DNA from: a virus
Lineage: Duplodnaviria > Heunggongvirae > Uroviricota > Caudoviricetes
Length of the DNA stretch: 38,179 bases
IMG/VR virus record: IMGVR_UViG_2585427736_000016
Direction: 5' to 3' (one strand)
Below, piece after piece: positions 6,983 to 15,702 of this stretch. Made by a program: the position numbers and the translations under genes. A model generated the notes under the pieces. That model was given only the letters and a program-made list of their open reading frames with translations, searched no databases and had not been told where the DNA came from. Each line of letters starts with the position of its first letter. Position 1 is the stretch's first letter.

Positions 6983-7351
6983 TTAGTCAGCGAAGGTTAA
7001 GACGAGAATTACCTTAATGATGTCTGCTACAACAGACACGGCCATAGATAAACCAAAGACGATCCAAGCCATAGAGATGTCTTCACTACCATCGTATAGG
7101 GTTCCGTAATCACTGGTGTAAGGCGTAAATGTCGCGCCTTGATACAATAGGTATAAGCTTGATCCATAGAGGATAAATGCAGATATCCCTTGTATTGCTA
7201 TGATCACCAGAATCATGAAACGAGCTGATCTATGCGCCCAAGCCTGGCTTATTTTTTCTGATAGAGTTTTCGCAATAAAAGCATGCGATAAGCCGTAAAT
7301 TGTCGAGATTGCCAACATCCCAAAAAAGCTTGCTATAGCGGTTCCAACCAT
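6983..7351 (-). CDS. three-TM membrane protein cotranscribed downstream of the repressor (rexAB / sieB-position accessory gene), 122 aa
   Basis: Track ORF trimmed to the ATG at 7351 with AAGGGG SD, 18 nt after the repressor stop; three hydrophobic helices (VGTAIASFFGMLAISTIYGL, FMILVIIAIQGISAFILYGSSLYLLY, MAWIVFGLSMAVSVVADIIKVILVLTF); no recognisable family. Confidence 0.6.
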   Translation of the reverse strand: MVGTAIASFFGMLAISTIYGLSHAFIAKTLSEKISQAWAHRSARFMILVIIAIQGISAFILYGSSLYLLYQGATFTPYTSDYGTLYDGSEDISMAWIVFGLSMAVSVVADIIKVILVLTFAD

Positions 7352-7368
7352 AAGCGCCCCTTGCGTGA

Positions 7369-8085
7369 TCAAACCAGCCTTAGTTTTGTCTCAATTGCAA
7401 CGCCTATAATCTTGCAGTTTCCATTGATTGGCACGAGAGGCCATGCAGGGTTAAGTCCCTTGAGGTATTTATTTCCGCCGTCGATTATCAGCTTCTTGAA
7501 TGTTGCTTCGTTAGAGTCAGAAAGTTTTGCTATGACCAAGCTGCCGTTGATCGCCTCCCTTCCGGTATCGAAAAGAACGAATGTTCCCTCTGGAATGCTT
7601 AACCCAACCGGTGCCGTCATTGAATCACCTTCCACTTTAAGCCAAAACGCATTACCTTGAATATGCGCGTCAGACTCAAGCCAAACATCTATGTCTTTAA
7701 TGGTGTATGGTTCGCATGCTTCACACCACGAGCCAGCCTGGATACTGCTTAACACCGGATACCTCTTTCCTGCTCTGTATTCCCCTGCATACCTTACGTT
7801 GGCATCGCTCTTAAGGCTTTCTGCCTGTTCTGCAACCTTGGCAGCAATTGACTGGCTAAAATCAGCAATTGAGACTTGCAACAATCGTGCAAAACCAGAT
7901 GCAACCTCAACGTTTAGCGCGTTTCTGCCATTAAGATAATGTCCTACCGCTCCTTGGGTGATACCCAGTTCATCAGCGATTGAGTATTGGGTTATTCCCA
8001 ATTCTTTCTTTTTTGACTCATACAAAGCCTTAAGCCGCTTAGCGTCTTCGAGCTGTTCTGTCGTCAGTGATTTTTTATTTTCCAT
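7369..8085 (-). CDS. cI: CI/C2-type prophage repressor (HTH plus LexA-like S24 autopeptidase domain), 238 aa
   Basis: C-terminal half (...WLKVEGDSMTAPVGLSIPEGTFVLFD...ATFKKLIIDGGNKYLKGLNPAWPLVPINGNCKIIGVAIE) closely resembles the P22 C2 cleavage/dimerisation domain as recalled; N-terminal HTH (ITQYSIADELGITQGAVGHY); ATG lacks an SD, consistent with leaderless PRM mRNA. Confidence 0.9.
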   Translation of the reverse strand: MENKKSLTTEQLEDAKRLKALYESKKKELGITQYSIADELGITQGAVGHYLNGRNALNVEVASGFARLLQVSIADFSQSIAAKVAEQAESLKSDANVRYAGEYRAGKRYPVLSSIQAGSWCEACEPYTIKDIDVWLESDAHIQGNAFWLKVEGDSMTAPVGLSIPEGTFVLFDTGREAINGSLVIAKLSDSNEATFKKLIIDGGNKYLKGLNPAWPLVPINGNCKIIGVAIETKLRLV

Positions 8086-8091
8086 AGCTTA

Positions 8092-8165
8092 ATTCTAATA
8101 GCTAAGGTACTTAAACTAAAAATACCCTGAGTATTGATTGCTTTGAATACCTGTAGTATTCTTTG
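8092..8165. promoter_or_regulatory. OR operators with divergent PRM and PR
   Basis: Dyads AATACcctgaGTATT (8121-8135) and AATACctgtaGTATT (8146-8160) plus a weaker AATAGctaagGTACT (8097-8111); PRM -10 TAGAAT at 8092-8097, 6 nt before the cI ATG; PR candidate -35 TTGATT (8134-8139) and -10 TATTCT (8157-8162). Confidence 0.55.
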
Positions 8166-8191
8166 TTCATGGTTAATAACGGAGAGTGCAT

Positions 8192-8386
8192 ATGATTCGA
8201 ATGACACTTGCCGATTACGCCAAAATCCATGGACAGGCTAAAGCAGCCAGTGACTTTGGTGTAATCCAGTGCGCTATCAGCAAGGCCATTCTGGCAGGCC
8301 GTAACATCATGGTTACGGTAAAGCCTGATGGCAGTGTGATTGGAGAGGAAGTTCGTCCTTTCCCAAGCAACAAGAAAAACAAATAG
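8192..8386 (+). CDS. cro: Cro repressor, 64 aa
   Basis: [62 protein letters not shown] resembles lambda Cro ([63 protein letters not shown]) as recalled; GGAGAG SD. Confidence 0.85.
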   Translation: MIRMTLADYAKIHGQAKAASDFGVIQCAISKAILAGRNIMVTVKPDGSVIGEEVRPFPSNKKNK

Positions 8387-8402
8387 TAACACCGCTCTTT
8401 AA

Positions 8403-8447
8403 CAGTCATGGTCATCATTCCCGCCGAAATGCGGGAATACAACGCGC
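8403..8447 (+). promoter_or_regulatory. nutR (boxA CGCTCTTTAAC plus boxB hairpin)
   Basis: boxA 8403-8413, boxB TTCCCGC-cgaaat-GCGGGAA 8428-8447; matches nutL. Confidence 0.75.
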
Positions 8448-8494
8448 ATAATTTGATGCGCATAACTTCTTATTTGTTAAGGAAATACTTACAT

Positions 8495-8773
8495 ATGCAA
8501 CTTACAAGTACTCGCAAGAAAGCGAATGCAATTACAAGCAACATCCTGAATCGAATTGCTGTACGTGGTCAGCGAAAGGTTGCCGACGCGTTAGGGATTA
8601 ATGAATCGCAAATTTCGCGATGGAAAGATAGCTTCATCCCCAAAATGGGAATGCTTCTGGCTGTTCTTGAATGGGGTGTTGAAGACGAGGAGTTGGCGGA
8701 ACTGGCTAAGAAAGTAGCCAGAATGCTGACAAAAGAAAAAGCCCCGAAGAACGGCGAATTCTTCGAGGCCTGA
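8495..8773 (+). CDS. cII: CII transcriptional activator, 92 aa
   Basis: ...GINESQISRWKDSFIPKMGMLLAVLEWGVEDEELAELAKKVARML resembles lambda CII (...VDKSQISRWKRDWIPKFSMLLAVLEWGVVDDDMARLARQVAAIL) as recalled; AAGGAAA SD. Confidence 0.85.
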   Translation: MQLTSTRKKANAITSNILNRIAVRGQRKVADALGINESQISRWKDSFIPKMGMLLAVLEWGVEDEELAELAKKVARMLTKEKAPKNGEFFEA

Positions 8774-8807
8774 TGTAGAAAGACTGGATCAATCCACAGG
8801 AGTAATT

Positions 8808-8969
8808 ATGACAAAACGTCGTAAGAAATACCAGGAAAAAGAAGAGATTCGACACCCTGATTCACCTGAGGGATTAGTGGTAGCCGCAGCAAATAACAGG
8901 GCGTTCGCAGAGCGCCTTGTTGGTGTTTACAGACTAGCCAAAGCAGGAGTGAAACATGGGCGTCGTTAA
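8808..8969 (+). CDS. hypothetical small basic protein, 53 aa
   Basis: Hand-translated [53 protein letters not shown]; AGGAG SD 7 nt upstream; 3' end overlaps the O start by 14 nt. Confidence 0.35.
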   Translation: MTKRRKKYQEKEEIRHPDSPEGLVVAAANNRAFAERLVGVYRLAKAGVKHGRR

Positions 8970-9777
8970 GTTAGCTGATTACAGGCCTCAACTTGAGGTC
9001 GTGGAGCATCGCGTGGCAGATACCGAAGATGGTTTCATGCGCGTTGCTAACGAGATTACCGACAGTCTGCTGATGGCTGATTTAACAGTCCGGCAGTTGA
9101 AGGTGATGCTCGCTATCATGCGCAAGACATACGGATTCAATAAGCCGATGGATCGACTCACAAACACGCAGATAGCAGCCATGACAGGTATTCATCACAC
9201 TCATGTTTGCGCTGCCAAGCGCCAGCTTATTGAGCGTAAATTCCTCATTGCTGATGGCGTGAAAATCGGAGTGAACAAGGTGGTTTCTCAGTGGATTAGC
9301 CAGGACAGCTTAACATTAGCTAAAACAGCTAACAAAACATTAGCCAAGTCGGCTAACGGGTATAAGCCAAGTCAGCTAAACACAAAAGACAATATACAAA
9401 AGACAATAAATACAAATACCCCCTTACCCCCTAACGGGGGAGGCGATGGGCAGGTTAAACCTGAACGTCGCAAGGCAGAACGAATCGACTATGAATCCTT
9501 CCTGAACGCCTACAACACCGAAGTCGGTGACAGACTGCCACACGCTGTTGCGGTCAACGAGAAACGCAAACGCCGCCTGAAGAAAATCATCCCGCAACTG
9601 AAAACGCCAAACGTGGACGGTTTCAGAGCGTATGTCAGGGCGTTTGTACATCAGGCCAAGCCGTTTTACTTCGGAGACAACGACACTGGCTGGACGGCAG
9701 ATTTTGATTACCTGCTGAGGGAAGATTCGTTAACGGGAGTACGGGAAGGGAAGTTTGCAGACAGGGGGATTGCATGA
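8956..9777 (+). CDS. O: replication initiation protein (lambda O-like), 273 aa
   Basis: N-terminal lambda-O-type domain (...[56 protein letters not shown]...); contains internal iterons and an AT-rich tract; AGGAG SD. Confidence 0.8.
   Translation: MGVVKLADYRPQLEVVEHRVADTEDGFMRVANEITDSLLMADLTVRQLKVMLAIMRKTYGFNKPMDRLTNTQIAAMTGIHHTHVCAAKRQLIERKFLIADGVKIGVNKVVSQWISQDSLTLAKTANKTLAKSANGYKPSQLNTKDNIQKTINTNTPLPPNGGGDGQVKPERRKAERIDYESFLNAYNTEVGDRLPHAVAVNEKRKRRLKKIIPQLKTPNVDGFRAYVRAFVHQAKPFYFGDNDTGWTADFDYLLREDSLTGVREGKFADRGIA
9303..9420 (+). repeat. replication origin inside the O gene: 3-4 dyad iterons plus AT-rich tract
   Basis: Tandem about 24-bp units each with a short dyad (TAGCTaaaacAGCTA, TAGCCaagtcGGCTA, AAGCCaagtcAGCTA) at about 9310-9384, then AT-rich cacaaaagacaatatacaaaagacaataaatacaaatac; encodes the [20 protein letters not shown] linker. 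Confidence 0.6.
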
Positions 9778-11150
9778 GACAGGATATCGAAGCGAGCGTT
9801 ATCGGTGGCCTGCTGATTGGTGGATTAACTCCAACCGCCAGCGACGTTCTGGCAACGCTGGAGCCGGAAGCGTTTTCAATTCCGCTCTACCGGAAAGCCT
9901 TCGAGGTTATCCGCAAGCAGGCGAGAAACAGAAACCTAATCGATGCGCTGATGGTTGCCGAGGCGTGCGGAGAGGAGCATTTCACGTCAATCCTGATGAC
10001 CAGCAAAAACTGCCCGAGTGCCGCAAACCTGAAGGGATATGCCGGAATGGTCGCGGATAACTATCACCGCCGTCTGGTACTGGAAATCATGGATGAAATG
10101 CGTGAACCAATTCAGAGCGGAACCATCGACGCATCGAGTCAGGCGATGGATGAACTTGTAAAGCGTCTTTCAGCCATCAGAAAGCCCCGTGACGAGGTTA
10201 AACCTGTACGGTTAGGGGAAATCATTACTGACTACACTGACACGCTTGACAGGCGTCTGAGGAACGGAGAAGAGTCAGATACCCTGAAGACCGGAATCGA
10301 AGAACTTGACGCCATCACCGGAGGGATGAACGCGGAAGACCTGGTGATTATCGCCGCTCGTCCTGGTATGGGGAAAACCGAACTGGCGCTGAAGATTGCC
10401 GAAGGCGTTGCAAGCCGCGTTATCCCTGGTTCTGACGTTCGGCGCGGAGTGTTGATTTTCTCGATGGAAATGAGCGCATTGCAGATTGCAGAGCGAAGCA
10501 TCGCCAACGCCGGGAGGATGTCGGTTAGCGTGCTGCGAAATCCTGCATCGATGGATGACGAAGGATGGGCGCGTGTTGCTAACGGCATGAGTCAGCTTGC
10601 AGATTTGGATGTATGGGTAGTCGATGCCTCGCGGTTATCGGTCGAAGAAATACGCTCAATCGCAGAACGGCACAAACAGGAAAATCCAAACCTGTCACTC
10701 ATCATGGCGGATTATCTTGGCCTGATTGAGAAGCCGAAAGCAGATCGCAACGACCTCGCAATTGCTCACATCTCCGGAAGCCTGAAGGCGATGGCGAAAG
10801 ACCTGAAAACGCCTGTTATCTCCCTGAGTCAGCTTTCGCGCGATGTTGAGAAGCGACCAAACAAACGCCCGACAAACGCAGATTTGCGTGATTCAGGAAG
10901 CATTGAACAGGACGCAGACTCAATCATCATGCTCTATCGGGAAGCTGTATATGACGAGAACAGTAGCGCCGCGCCATTTGCTGAAATCATTGTGACGAAA
11001 AACCGTTTTGGCTCGCTTGGTACGGTTTACCAGCGGTTCTGCAACGGACACTTTGTTGCATGTGACCAGGATGAAGCCAGACAGATTTGCACAGCATCAA
11101 ATGCACCTGCTGCGCGTGGCAGACGATATGCACAAGGGGCTGACGTATGA
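9774..11150 (+). CDS. DnaB-family replicative helicase, 458 aa
   Basis: Walker A ([13 protein letters not shown]), DnaB motifs ([46 protein letters not shown]); ATGA overlap with O. Confidence 0.9.
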   Translation: MRQDIEASVIGGLLIGGLTPTASDVLATLEPEAFSIPLYRKAFEVIRKQARNRNLIDALMVAEACGEEHFTSILMTSKNCPSAANLKGYAGMVADNYHRRLVLEIMDEMREPIQSGTIDASSQAMDELVKRLSAIRKPRDEVKPVRLGEIITDYTDTLDRRLRNGEESDTLKTGIEELDAITGGMNAEDLVIIAARPGMGKTELALKIAEGVASRVIPGSDVRRGVLIFSMEMSALQIAERSIANAGRMSVSVLRNPASMDDEGWARVANGMSQLADLDVWVVDASRLSVEEIRSIAERHKQENPNLSLIMADYLGLIEKPKADRNDLAIAHISGSLKAMAKDLKTPVISLSQLSRDVEKRPNKRPTNADLRDSGSIEQDADSIIMLYREAVYDENSSAAPFAEIIVTKNRFGSLGTVYQRFCNGHFVACDQDEARQICTASNAPAARGRRYAQGADV

Positions 11151-11174
11151 CCATCTACATCACTGAGCTAATAA

Positions 11175-11207
11175 CAGGCCTGCTGGTAATCGCAGGCCTT
11201 TTTATTT
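11175..11207 (+). terminator. rho-independent terminator after the replication genes
   Basis: AGGCCTGC-tggtaatc-GCAGGCCT then TTTTTATTT. Confidence 0.6.
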
Positions 11208-11222
11208 GGGGGAGAGTAAATC

Positions 11223-11429
11223 GTGGTTAAGTTTATGCTCGTCGCACTCAAATGCGTTGGCGTTGGATGGATTCTTCTTACGTTTTTTATTGTTCTGCAT
11301 AGCTACATTCGTCTTGTGAATGACGGTAAAGATCCATGGTATACGTTGTTTGGCGCTGCATTTGTCTGGGTGATTATCGGTGTTATGCCTGTCGCTGTAG
11401 CAAAAATGGCGTGGCGTTTTGTGAGTTGA
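11223..11429 (+). CDS. small membrane protein, 68 aa (GTG start)
   Basis: Two hydrophobic helices (VGVGWILLTFFIVL, FGAAFVWVIIGVMPVAV); GGGGGAGAG upstream. Confidence 0.45.
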   Translation: MVKFMLVALKCVGVGWILLTFFIVLHSYIRLVNDGKDPWYTLFGAAFVWVIIGVMPVAVAKMAWRFVS

Positions 11430-11446
11430 ACTGAGGGTAAGTACCG

Positions 11447-11818
11447 ATGGACGAATCAAGAAAGAAGTTTGAGGAATACGTTGCCAAAAAATTGAGATTA
11501 CCATTCGAGATGATAACCGAGGCAAGAAATGGTGATAGGTACTTCGCATTTTCAAGTATGGATATTCGTCACTCCTTAAATGAGTGGTGGGCTTTATGGC
11601 AGGCATCGCGAGCAGCTATTGAACTGGATATCGACTGGCCCGAATCGAATGACGACTTTTGGAAAGATGGTGAAGAAGGTGCTTATGCGATGGGTTATGA
11701 GGATGGGAGAGACAAAACGGTAATTGCAGTAATGAAAGCTATCAGAGCCGCTGGAATTAAAGAGAAGAATTTCGATGAAGCAAATATACATGCTTCGCAA
11801 CGAAGCAATCAGAAATAA
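11447..11818 (+). CDS. hypothetical nin-region protein, 123 aa
   Basis: ORF with AGGG/GTA upstream context; acidic Trp-rich protein; no family recognised. Confidence 0.55.
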   Translation: MDESRKKFEEYVAKKLRLPFEMITEARNGDRYFAFSSMDIRHSLNEWWALWQASRAAIELDIDWPESNDDFWKDGEEGAYAMGYEDGRDKTVIAVMKAIRAAGIKEKNFDEANIHASQRSNQK

Positions 11819-12221
11819 CGCCATAGACGCAATACTCTCACTTCCCATCGACGACAAGTCACCTCACGAAGTCCACATTAAAGAACCAAAGCGGAGCAAT
11901 CCTCAAAACCGCCTTATGTGGGCGTTATTGCAGGACGTATCGCGTCAGGTGCTTTGGCATGGAGAGAGACTTGCGCCGGAGGACTGGAAAGACCTGTTCA
12001 CTGCCCTGTGGCTTAAGACCAAAAAACTGGAGCAACGAAGTGCGCCTGGTATCGACGGTGGCGTTGTTATGCTTGGCGTGCGTACCAGCAAAATGCGAAA
12101 GGCCAGCATGACTGAGCTTATCGAAATCATGTTCTGGTTCGGCTCAGAGCGCAACGTGCGGTGGAGTGATGACTCCCGGCGAGAGTATGAATGGTCACAA
12201 CGAAAAGGGAAGGCTGCATGA
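11775..12221 (+). CDS. ninB: NinB/Orf-family recombination mediator, 148 aa
   Basis: ...PKRSNPQNRLMWALLQDVSRQVLWHGERLAPEDWKDLFTAL...[25 protein letters not shown] parallels lambda NinB (...DQNRKLWACLGDVSRQVEWHGRWL...GVKWSDEARLALEWKARWGDRAA) as recalled. Confidence 0.8.
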   Translation: MKQIYMLRNEAIRNNAIDAILSLPIDDKSPHEVHIKEPKRSNPQNRLMWALLQDVSRQVLWHGERLAPEDWKDLFTALWLKTKKLEQRSAPGIDGGVVMLGVRTSKMRKASMTELIEIMFWFGSERNVRWSDDSRREYEWSQRKGKAA

Positions 12222-12745
12222 CTATCAAATCAAATACGCCAGCACACGACAAGGACTGCTGGCAAACGCCGCTTTGGCTTTTTGATGCGCTGGATATTGA
12301 GTTTGGATTCTGGCTGGATTCAGCTGCGAGCGACAAAAACGCTCTGTGCGCTCACTGGCTAACTGAGGCCGACGACGCGCTAAATTCTGAGTGGATAAGC
12401 CACGGTGCAATCTGGAATAACCCACCGTACAGCAATATCAGGCCGTGGGTGGAAAAAGCCGCTGAGCAGTGCATACAACAGCGACAGACGGTAGTTATGC
12501 TTGTGCCAGAGGATATGTCAGTCGGATGGTTCAGCAAGGCTCTGGAGAGTGTCGACGAAGTTCGCATTATCACTGATGGACGGATTAATTTTATCGAACC
12601 ATCGACAGGGCTGGAGAAGAAGGGAAACAGCAAAGGCTCCATGCTGCTGATTTGGCGACCGTTCATCAGTCCTCGACGGATGTTTACTACCGTATCCAAA
12701 GCGGCATTGATGGCGATCGGGCAGGGCGTCAGGAGGGCGGCATGA
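12218..12745 (+). CDS. phage N6-adenine DNA methyltransferase (Dam-like), 175 aa
   Basis: NPPY catalytic motif ([18 protein letters not shown]), typical of phage N6A methyltransferases; ATGA overlap with ninB; AAGGGAAGG SD. Confidence 0.75.
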   Translation: MTIKSNTPAHDKDCWQTPLWLFDALDIEFGFWLDSAASDKNALCAHWLTEADDALNSEWISHGAIWNNPPYSNIRPWVEKAAEQCIQQRQTVVMLVPEDMSVGWFSKALESVDEVRIITDGRINFIEPSTGLEKKGNSKGSMLLIWRPFISPRRMFTTVSKAALMAIGQGVRRAA

Positions 12746-12918
12746 GACGACAGCGACGAAGTTTCACCGACATCATCTGCGAAAACTGCAAATACCTTCC
12801 AACGAAACGCTCCAGAAATAAACGCAAGACAATCCCAAAAGAATCTGACGTAAAAACCTTCAACTACACGGCTCACCTGTGGGATATCCGGTGGCTAAGA
12901 CATTGTGCGAGGAAATGA
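12742..12918 (+). CDS. ninE: NinE protein, 58 aa
   Basis: [53 protein letters not shown]... matches the NinE family as recalled; AGGAGGG SD; ATGA overlap upstream. Confidence 0.7.
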   Translation: MRRQRRSFTDIICENCKYLPTKRSRNKRKTIPKESDVKTFNYTAHLWDIRWLRHCARK

Positions 12919-13322
12919 CAATGCTTTTAATTCAACCTGGATTTGGCCTTAGCATCAAAAAAGGGCACATGTTTGGCGAGAAAGAGTCTCAACGAAAAAT
13001 GGTGTCGATACAGTTGCCATTTATCAGTATTTATTGGCTAAACAGGGAGGCAACAAATTATTGGTATACATGCGCCAGAGCAGCATTTAACGACCCTGAC
13101 TGGTTTGTGAAAAACCACCACGCAGTTCGTCAGGCAAAGAGAAAGGCCAATACGACATACATGAAGGCGTATCGAAAAGCATGGAAAGAACACCGCGATC
13201 GATACCAACAAGACATGGAAAAACTTGAATCAGAAAACATGGAATTAAGACGAAAGCTTGGTGAAGAAAAACGAGACATTGATGCTTACAAGCGACTTTT
13301 TAATGGTGAAAGCCATGCTTAG
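12915..13322 (+). CDS. NinX-position protein, 135 aa
   Basis: ATGA overlap with ninE; GAGGAA SD; coiled-coil C-terminus. Confidence 0.5.
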   Translation: MTMLLIQPGFGLSIKKGHMFGEKESQRKMVSIQLPFISIYWLNREATNYWYTCARAAFNDPDWFVKNHHAVRQAKRKANTTYMKAYRKAWKEHRDRYQQDMEKLESENMELRRKLGEEKRDIDAYKRLFNGESHA

Positions 13323-13491
13323 CCCATCCCAATCCCTTCAATACCAGAAAGAAAGCGTCGAGCGGGCTTTAACGTGCGCTAACTGCGGTCAGAAGCTGCA
13401 TGTGCTGGAAGTTCATGTATGTGAAGCGTGCTGCGCAGAACTGATGAGCGATCCGAATAGCTCAATGTACGAGGAAGAAGACGATGAATGA
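13315..13491 (+). CDS. ninF: NinF protein, 58 aa
   Basis: [58 protein letters not shown] matches lambda NinF as recalled. Confidence 0.7.
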   Translation: MLSPSQSLQYQKESVERALTCANCGQKLHVLEVHVCEACCAELMSDPNSSMYEEEDDE

Positions 13492-14206
13492 GTTAATAAA
13501 TGGCAATGCCATCAAAATGACAAGCATTGAAATCGCTGAGTTGGTGGGTAAGCGTCATGACAATGTGAAACGTACCATCGAAACGCTGGCTAAAAATGGT
13601 GTTATCCGGCTTCCTCAAATTGAGGTTTCCGAAAGAATCAATAACTTAGGGTTCAATGTTCAGTACGAGCATTACGTCTTCGAAGGCGAACAAGGTAAGC
13701 GAGATAGTATTGTTGTTGTTGCCCAGTTGTCGCCAGAGTTCACCGCTCGCCTTGTTGACCGCTGGCGAGATCTTGAAGAAGCTGCGGTTAATATCCCCAA
13801 AACGCTACCGGAAGCGTTGCGCCTTGCTGCTGATCTTGCTGAGCAGAAAATGCAACTGGAAAACCAGCTTGCAATTGCCGCACCTAAAGTTGAGTTTGCC
13901 GATCGCGTTGGCGAGGCCAGCGGAATTTTGATTGGAAACTTTGCAAAGGTTGTCGGTATTGGTCCAAACAAACTGTTTGCGTGGATGCGCGATCACAAAA
14001 TCCTTATTGCTTCAGGTTCCCGGCGCAATGTGCCAATGCAGGAATATATGGATCGCGGCTATTTCACAGTGAAAGAAACAGCGGTCAACACAAATCACGG
14101 AATACAGATATCGTTCACCACAAAAATCACCGGGCGTGGTCAACAGTGGCTGACCAGAAAGCTGCTCGATAACGGAATGCTGAAAGTAACAGGGGAGGCT
14201 GCTTAA
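13484..14206 (+). CDS. antirepressor-like regulator (Rha-type N-terminal domain, KilA-C-type C-terminal domain), 240 aa
   Basis: N-terminus MNELINGNAIKMTSIEIAELVGKRHDNVKRTIETLAKNG is the Rha signature; C-terminal part resembles the KilAC antirepressor domain. Confidence 0.7.
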   Translation: MNELINGNAIKMTSIEIAELVGKRHDNVKRTIETLAKNGVIRLPQIEVSERINNLGFNVQYEHYVFEGEQGKRDSIVVVAQLSPEFTARLVDRWRDLEEAAVNIPKTLPEALRLAADLAEQKMQLENQLAIAAPKVEFADRVGEASGILIGNFAKVVGIGPNKLFAWMRDHKILIASGSRRNVPMQEYMDRGYFTVKETAVNTNHGIQISFTTKITGRGQQWLTRKLLDNGMLKVTGEAA

Positions 14207-14496
14207 TGGCTAATCTACGCAAAGAAGCACGCGGCAGAGAATGCCAGGTACGTATTTACGGCGTATGCAATGGTAATCCTGAAACTACAGTTCTGGCACA
14301 TTACCGGATGGCTGGAATTTGCGGAACGGGAATGAAGCCTGACGACCTGATCGGCGCATGGGCTTGTAGCGCGTGTCACGATGAAATCGACCGACGCACC
14401 CATAATCTCGACAACAAAGACGCCAGACTTTACCACCTCGAAGGCGTGATCAGGACGCAGGCGATACTACTGAAGGAGGGGAAGATTAAGCCATGA
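14206..14496 (+). CDS. YbcO-like DUF1364 protein (putative Zn-binding nuclease), 96 aa
   Basis: MANLRKEARGRECQVRIYGVCNGNPETTVLAHYRMAGICGTGMKPDDLIGAWACSACHDEIDRRTH... resembles E. coli prophage YbcO as recalled. Confidence 0.6.
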   Translation: MANLRKEARGRECQVRIYGVCNGNPETTVLAHYRMAGICGTGMKPDDLIGAWACSACHDEIDRRTHNLDNKDARLYHLEGVIRTQAILLKEGKIKP

Positions 14497-14855
14497 ACGA
14501 ATATCAGTTTGTGCTTCCATACCCGCCGTCGGTGAATACCTACTGGCGAAGACGGGGAAGCCAATACTACATCAGCGATAAAGGCCAGAAATACCGAAAA
14601 GACGTTCAGCAAATCATCCGCCAACTTAAGTTAGACATTTTCACCAAATCACGACTCCGCATCAAAGTAATCGCAGACGTTCCGGACTCCCGCCGCCGCG
14701 ACCTCGACAACATCCTGAAAGGTTTACTCGACTCCCTTATCCACGCCGGATTTGCGGAAGACGACGAGCAATTCGATGACATTCGCGTAATTCGTGGTGT
14801 GAAAGTACCAGGTGGAAGGCTTGGAATAAAAATCACCGAACTGGAGAACGCATGA
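14493..14855 (+). CDS. rusA: RusA Holliday-junction resolvase, 120 aa
   Basis: ...PDSRRRDLDNILKGLLDSLIHAGFAEDDEQFDDIRVIRGVKVPGGRLGIKITE matches the RusA family (...PDRRRRDLDNLQKAAFDAL...GGRLELTITE) as recalled. Confidence 0.85.
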   Translation: MNEYQFVLPYPPSVNTYWRRRGSQYYISDKGQKYRKDVQQIIRQLKLDIFTKSRLRIKVIADVPDSRRRDLDNILKGLLDSLIHAGFAEDDEQFDDIRVIRGVKVPGGRLGIKITELENA

Positions 14856-15040
14856 ACGCCACAATTCAAACGATACCAGAGCTTCTTATCCAGACACGAG
14901 GCAATCAGACCGAAGTGGCAAGGATGCTTTCCTGCGCAAGAGGAACAGTGCTCAAGTACAACCGAGACAGCAAAGGCGAGCGTCACGTAATAGTTAACGG
15001 CGTCCTGATGGTCAAACAGGGCAAGAGGGGAAGGCCATGA
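14852..15040 (+). CDS. ninH: NinH protein, 62 aa
   Basis: ...TIPELLIQTRGNQTEVARMLSCARGTVLKYNRD... resembles lambda NinH (...TIPDMLVEAYGNQTEVARRLKCSRGTVRKY...) as recalled. Confidence 0.7.
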   Translation: MNATIQTIPELLIQTRGNQTEVARMLSCARGTVLKYNRDSKGERHVIVNGVLMVKQGKRGRP

Positions 15041-15660
15041 GACTCGAAAGCGTAGCTAAATTTCATTCGCCAAAAAGCCCGATGATGAGCGACTCACCAC
15101 GGGCCACGGCTTCTGACTCTCTTTCCGGTACTGATGTGATGGCTGCTATGGGGATGGCGCAATCACAAGCCGGATTCGGCATGGCTGCATTCTGTGGTAA
15201 GCACGAACTCAGCCAGAACGACAAACAAAAGGCTATCAACTATCTGATGCAATTTGCACACAAGGTATCGGGGAAATACCGTGGTGTGGCAAAGCTCGAA
15301 GGAAATACTAAGGCAAAGGTACTGCAAGTGCTCGCAACATTCGCTTATGCGGATTATTGCCGTAGTGCCGCGACGCCGGGCGCAAGATGCAGAGATTGCC
15401 ACGGTACAGGTCGTGCGGTCGATATTGCCAAAACAGAGCTGTTGGGTAGAGTTGTTGAGAAAGAATGCGGAAGATGCAAAGGTGTCGGCTATTCAAGAAT
15501 GCCAGCAAGCGCCGCATATCGCGCTGTAACGATGCTAATCCCAAACCTTACCCAACCAACCTGGTCACGCACTGTTAAGCCGCTGTATGACGCTCTGGTG
15601 GTGCAATGCCACAAGGAAGAGTCAATTGCAGACAATATTTTGAATGCAGTCACACGTTAG
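15037..15660 (+). CDS. Q: lambda-type late antiterminator Q, 207 aa
   Basis: Translation matches lambda Q as recalled essentially along its whole length (MRLESVAKFHSPKSPMMSDSPRATASDS...CRDCHGTGRAVDIAKTEL...), including the zinc-finger region; followed by a PR'-type promoter. Confidence 0.85.
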   Translation: MRLESVAKFHSPKSPMMSDSPRATASDSLSGTDVMAAMGMAQSQAGFGMAAFCGKHELSQNDKQKAINYLMQFAHKVSGKYRGVAKLEGNTKAKVLQVLATFAYADYCRSAATPGARCRDCHGTGRAVDIAKTELLGRVVEKECGRCKGVGYSRMPASAAYRAVTMLIPNLTQPTWSRTVKPLYDALVVQCHKEESIADNILNAVTR

Positions 15661-15702
15661 CAGCATGATTGCCACGGATGGCAACATATTAACGGCATGA
15701 TA

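Noticed and set aside
7361-7939. Plus-strand ORFs (99 and 82 aa) inside the repressor gene
   Set aside because: Antisense to the cI/C2 coding sequence, which has clear family similarity.
9303-9420. Possible CRISPR-like repeat array
   Set aside because: Repeats are contiguous dyad iterons inside the O gene with no spacers or leader; they fit a replication origin.
10232-10588. 118-aa minus-strand ORF inside the helicase gene
   Set aside because: Antisense to a strongly supported DnaB-family CDS; Ser/Ala-rich chance frame.
12352-12876. 174-aa minus-strand ORF opposite the methyltransferase and ninE
   Set aside because: Antisense to tightly coupled nin genes with recognisable motifs; no start context.
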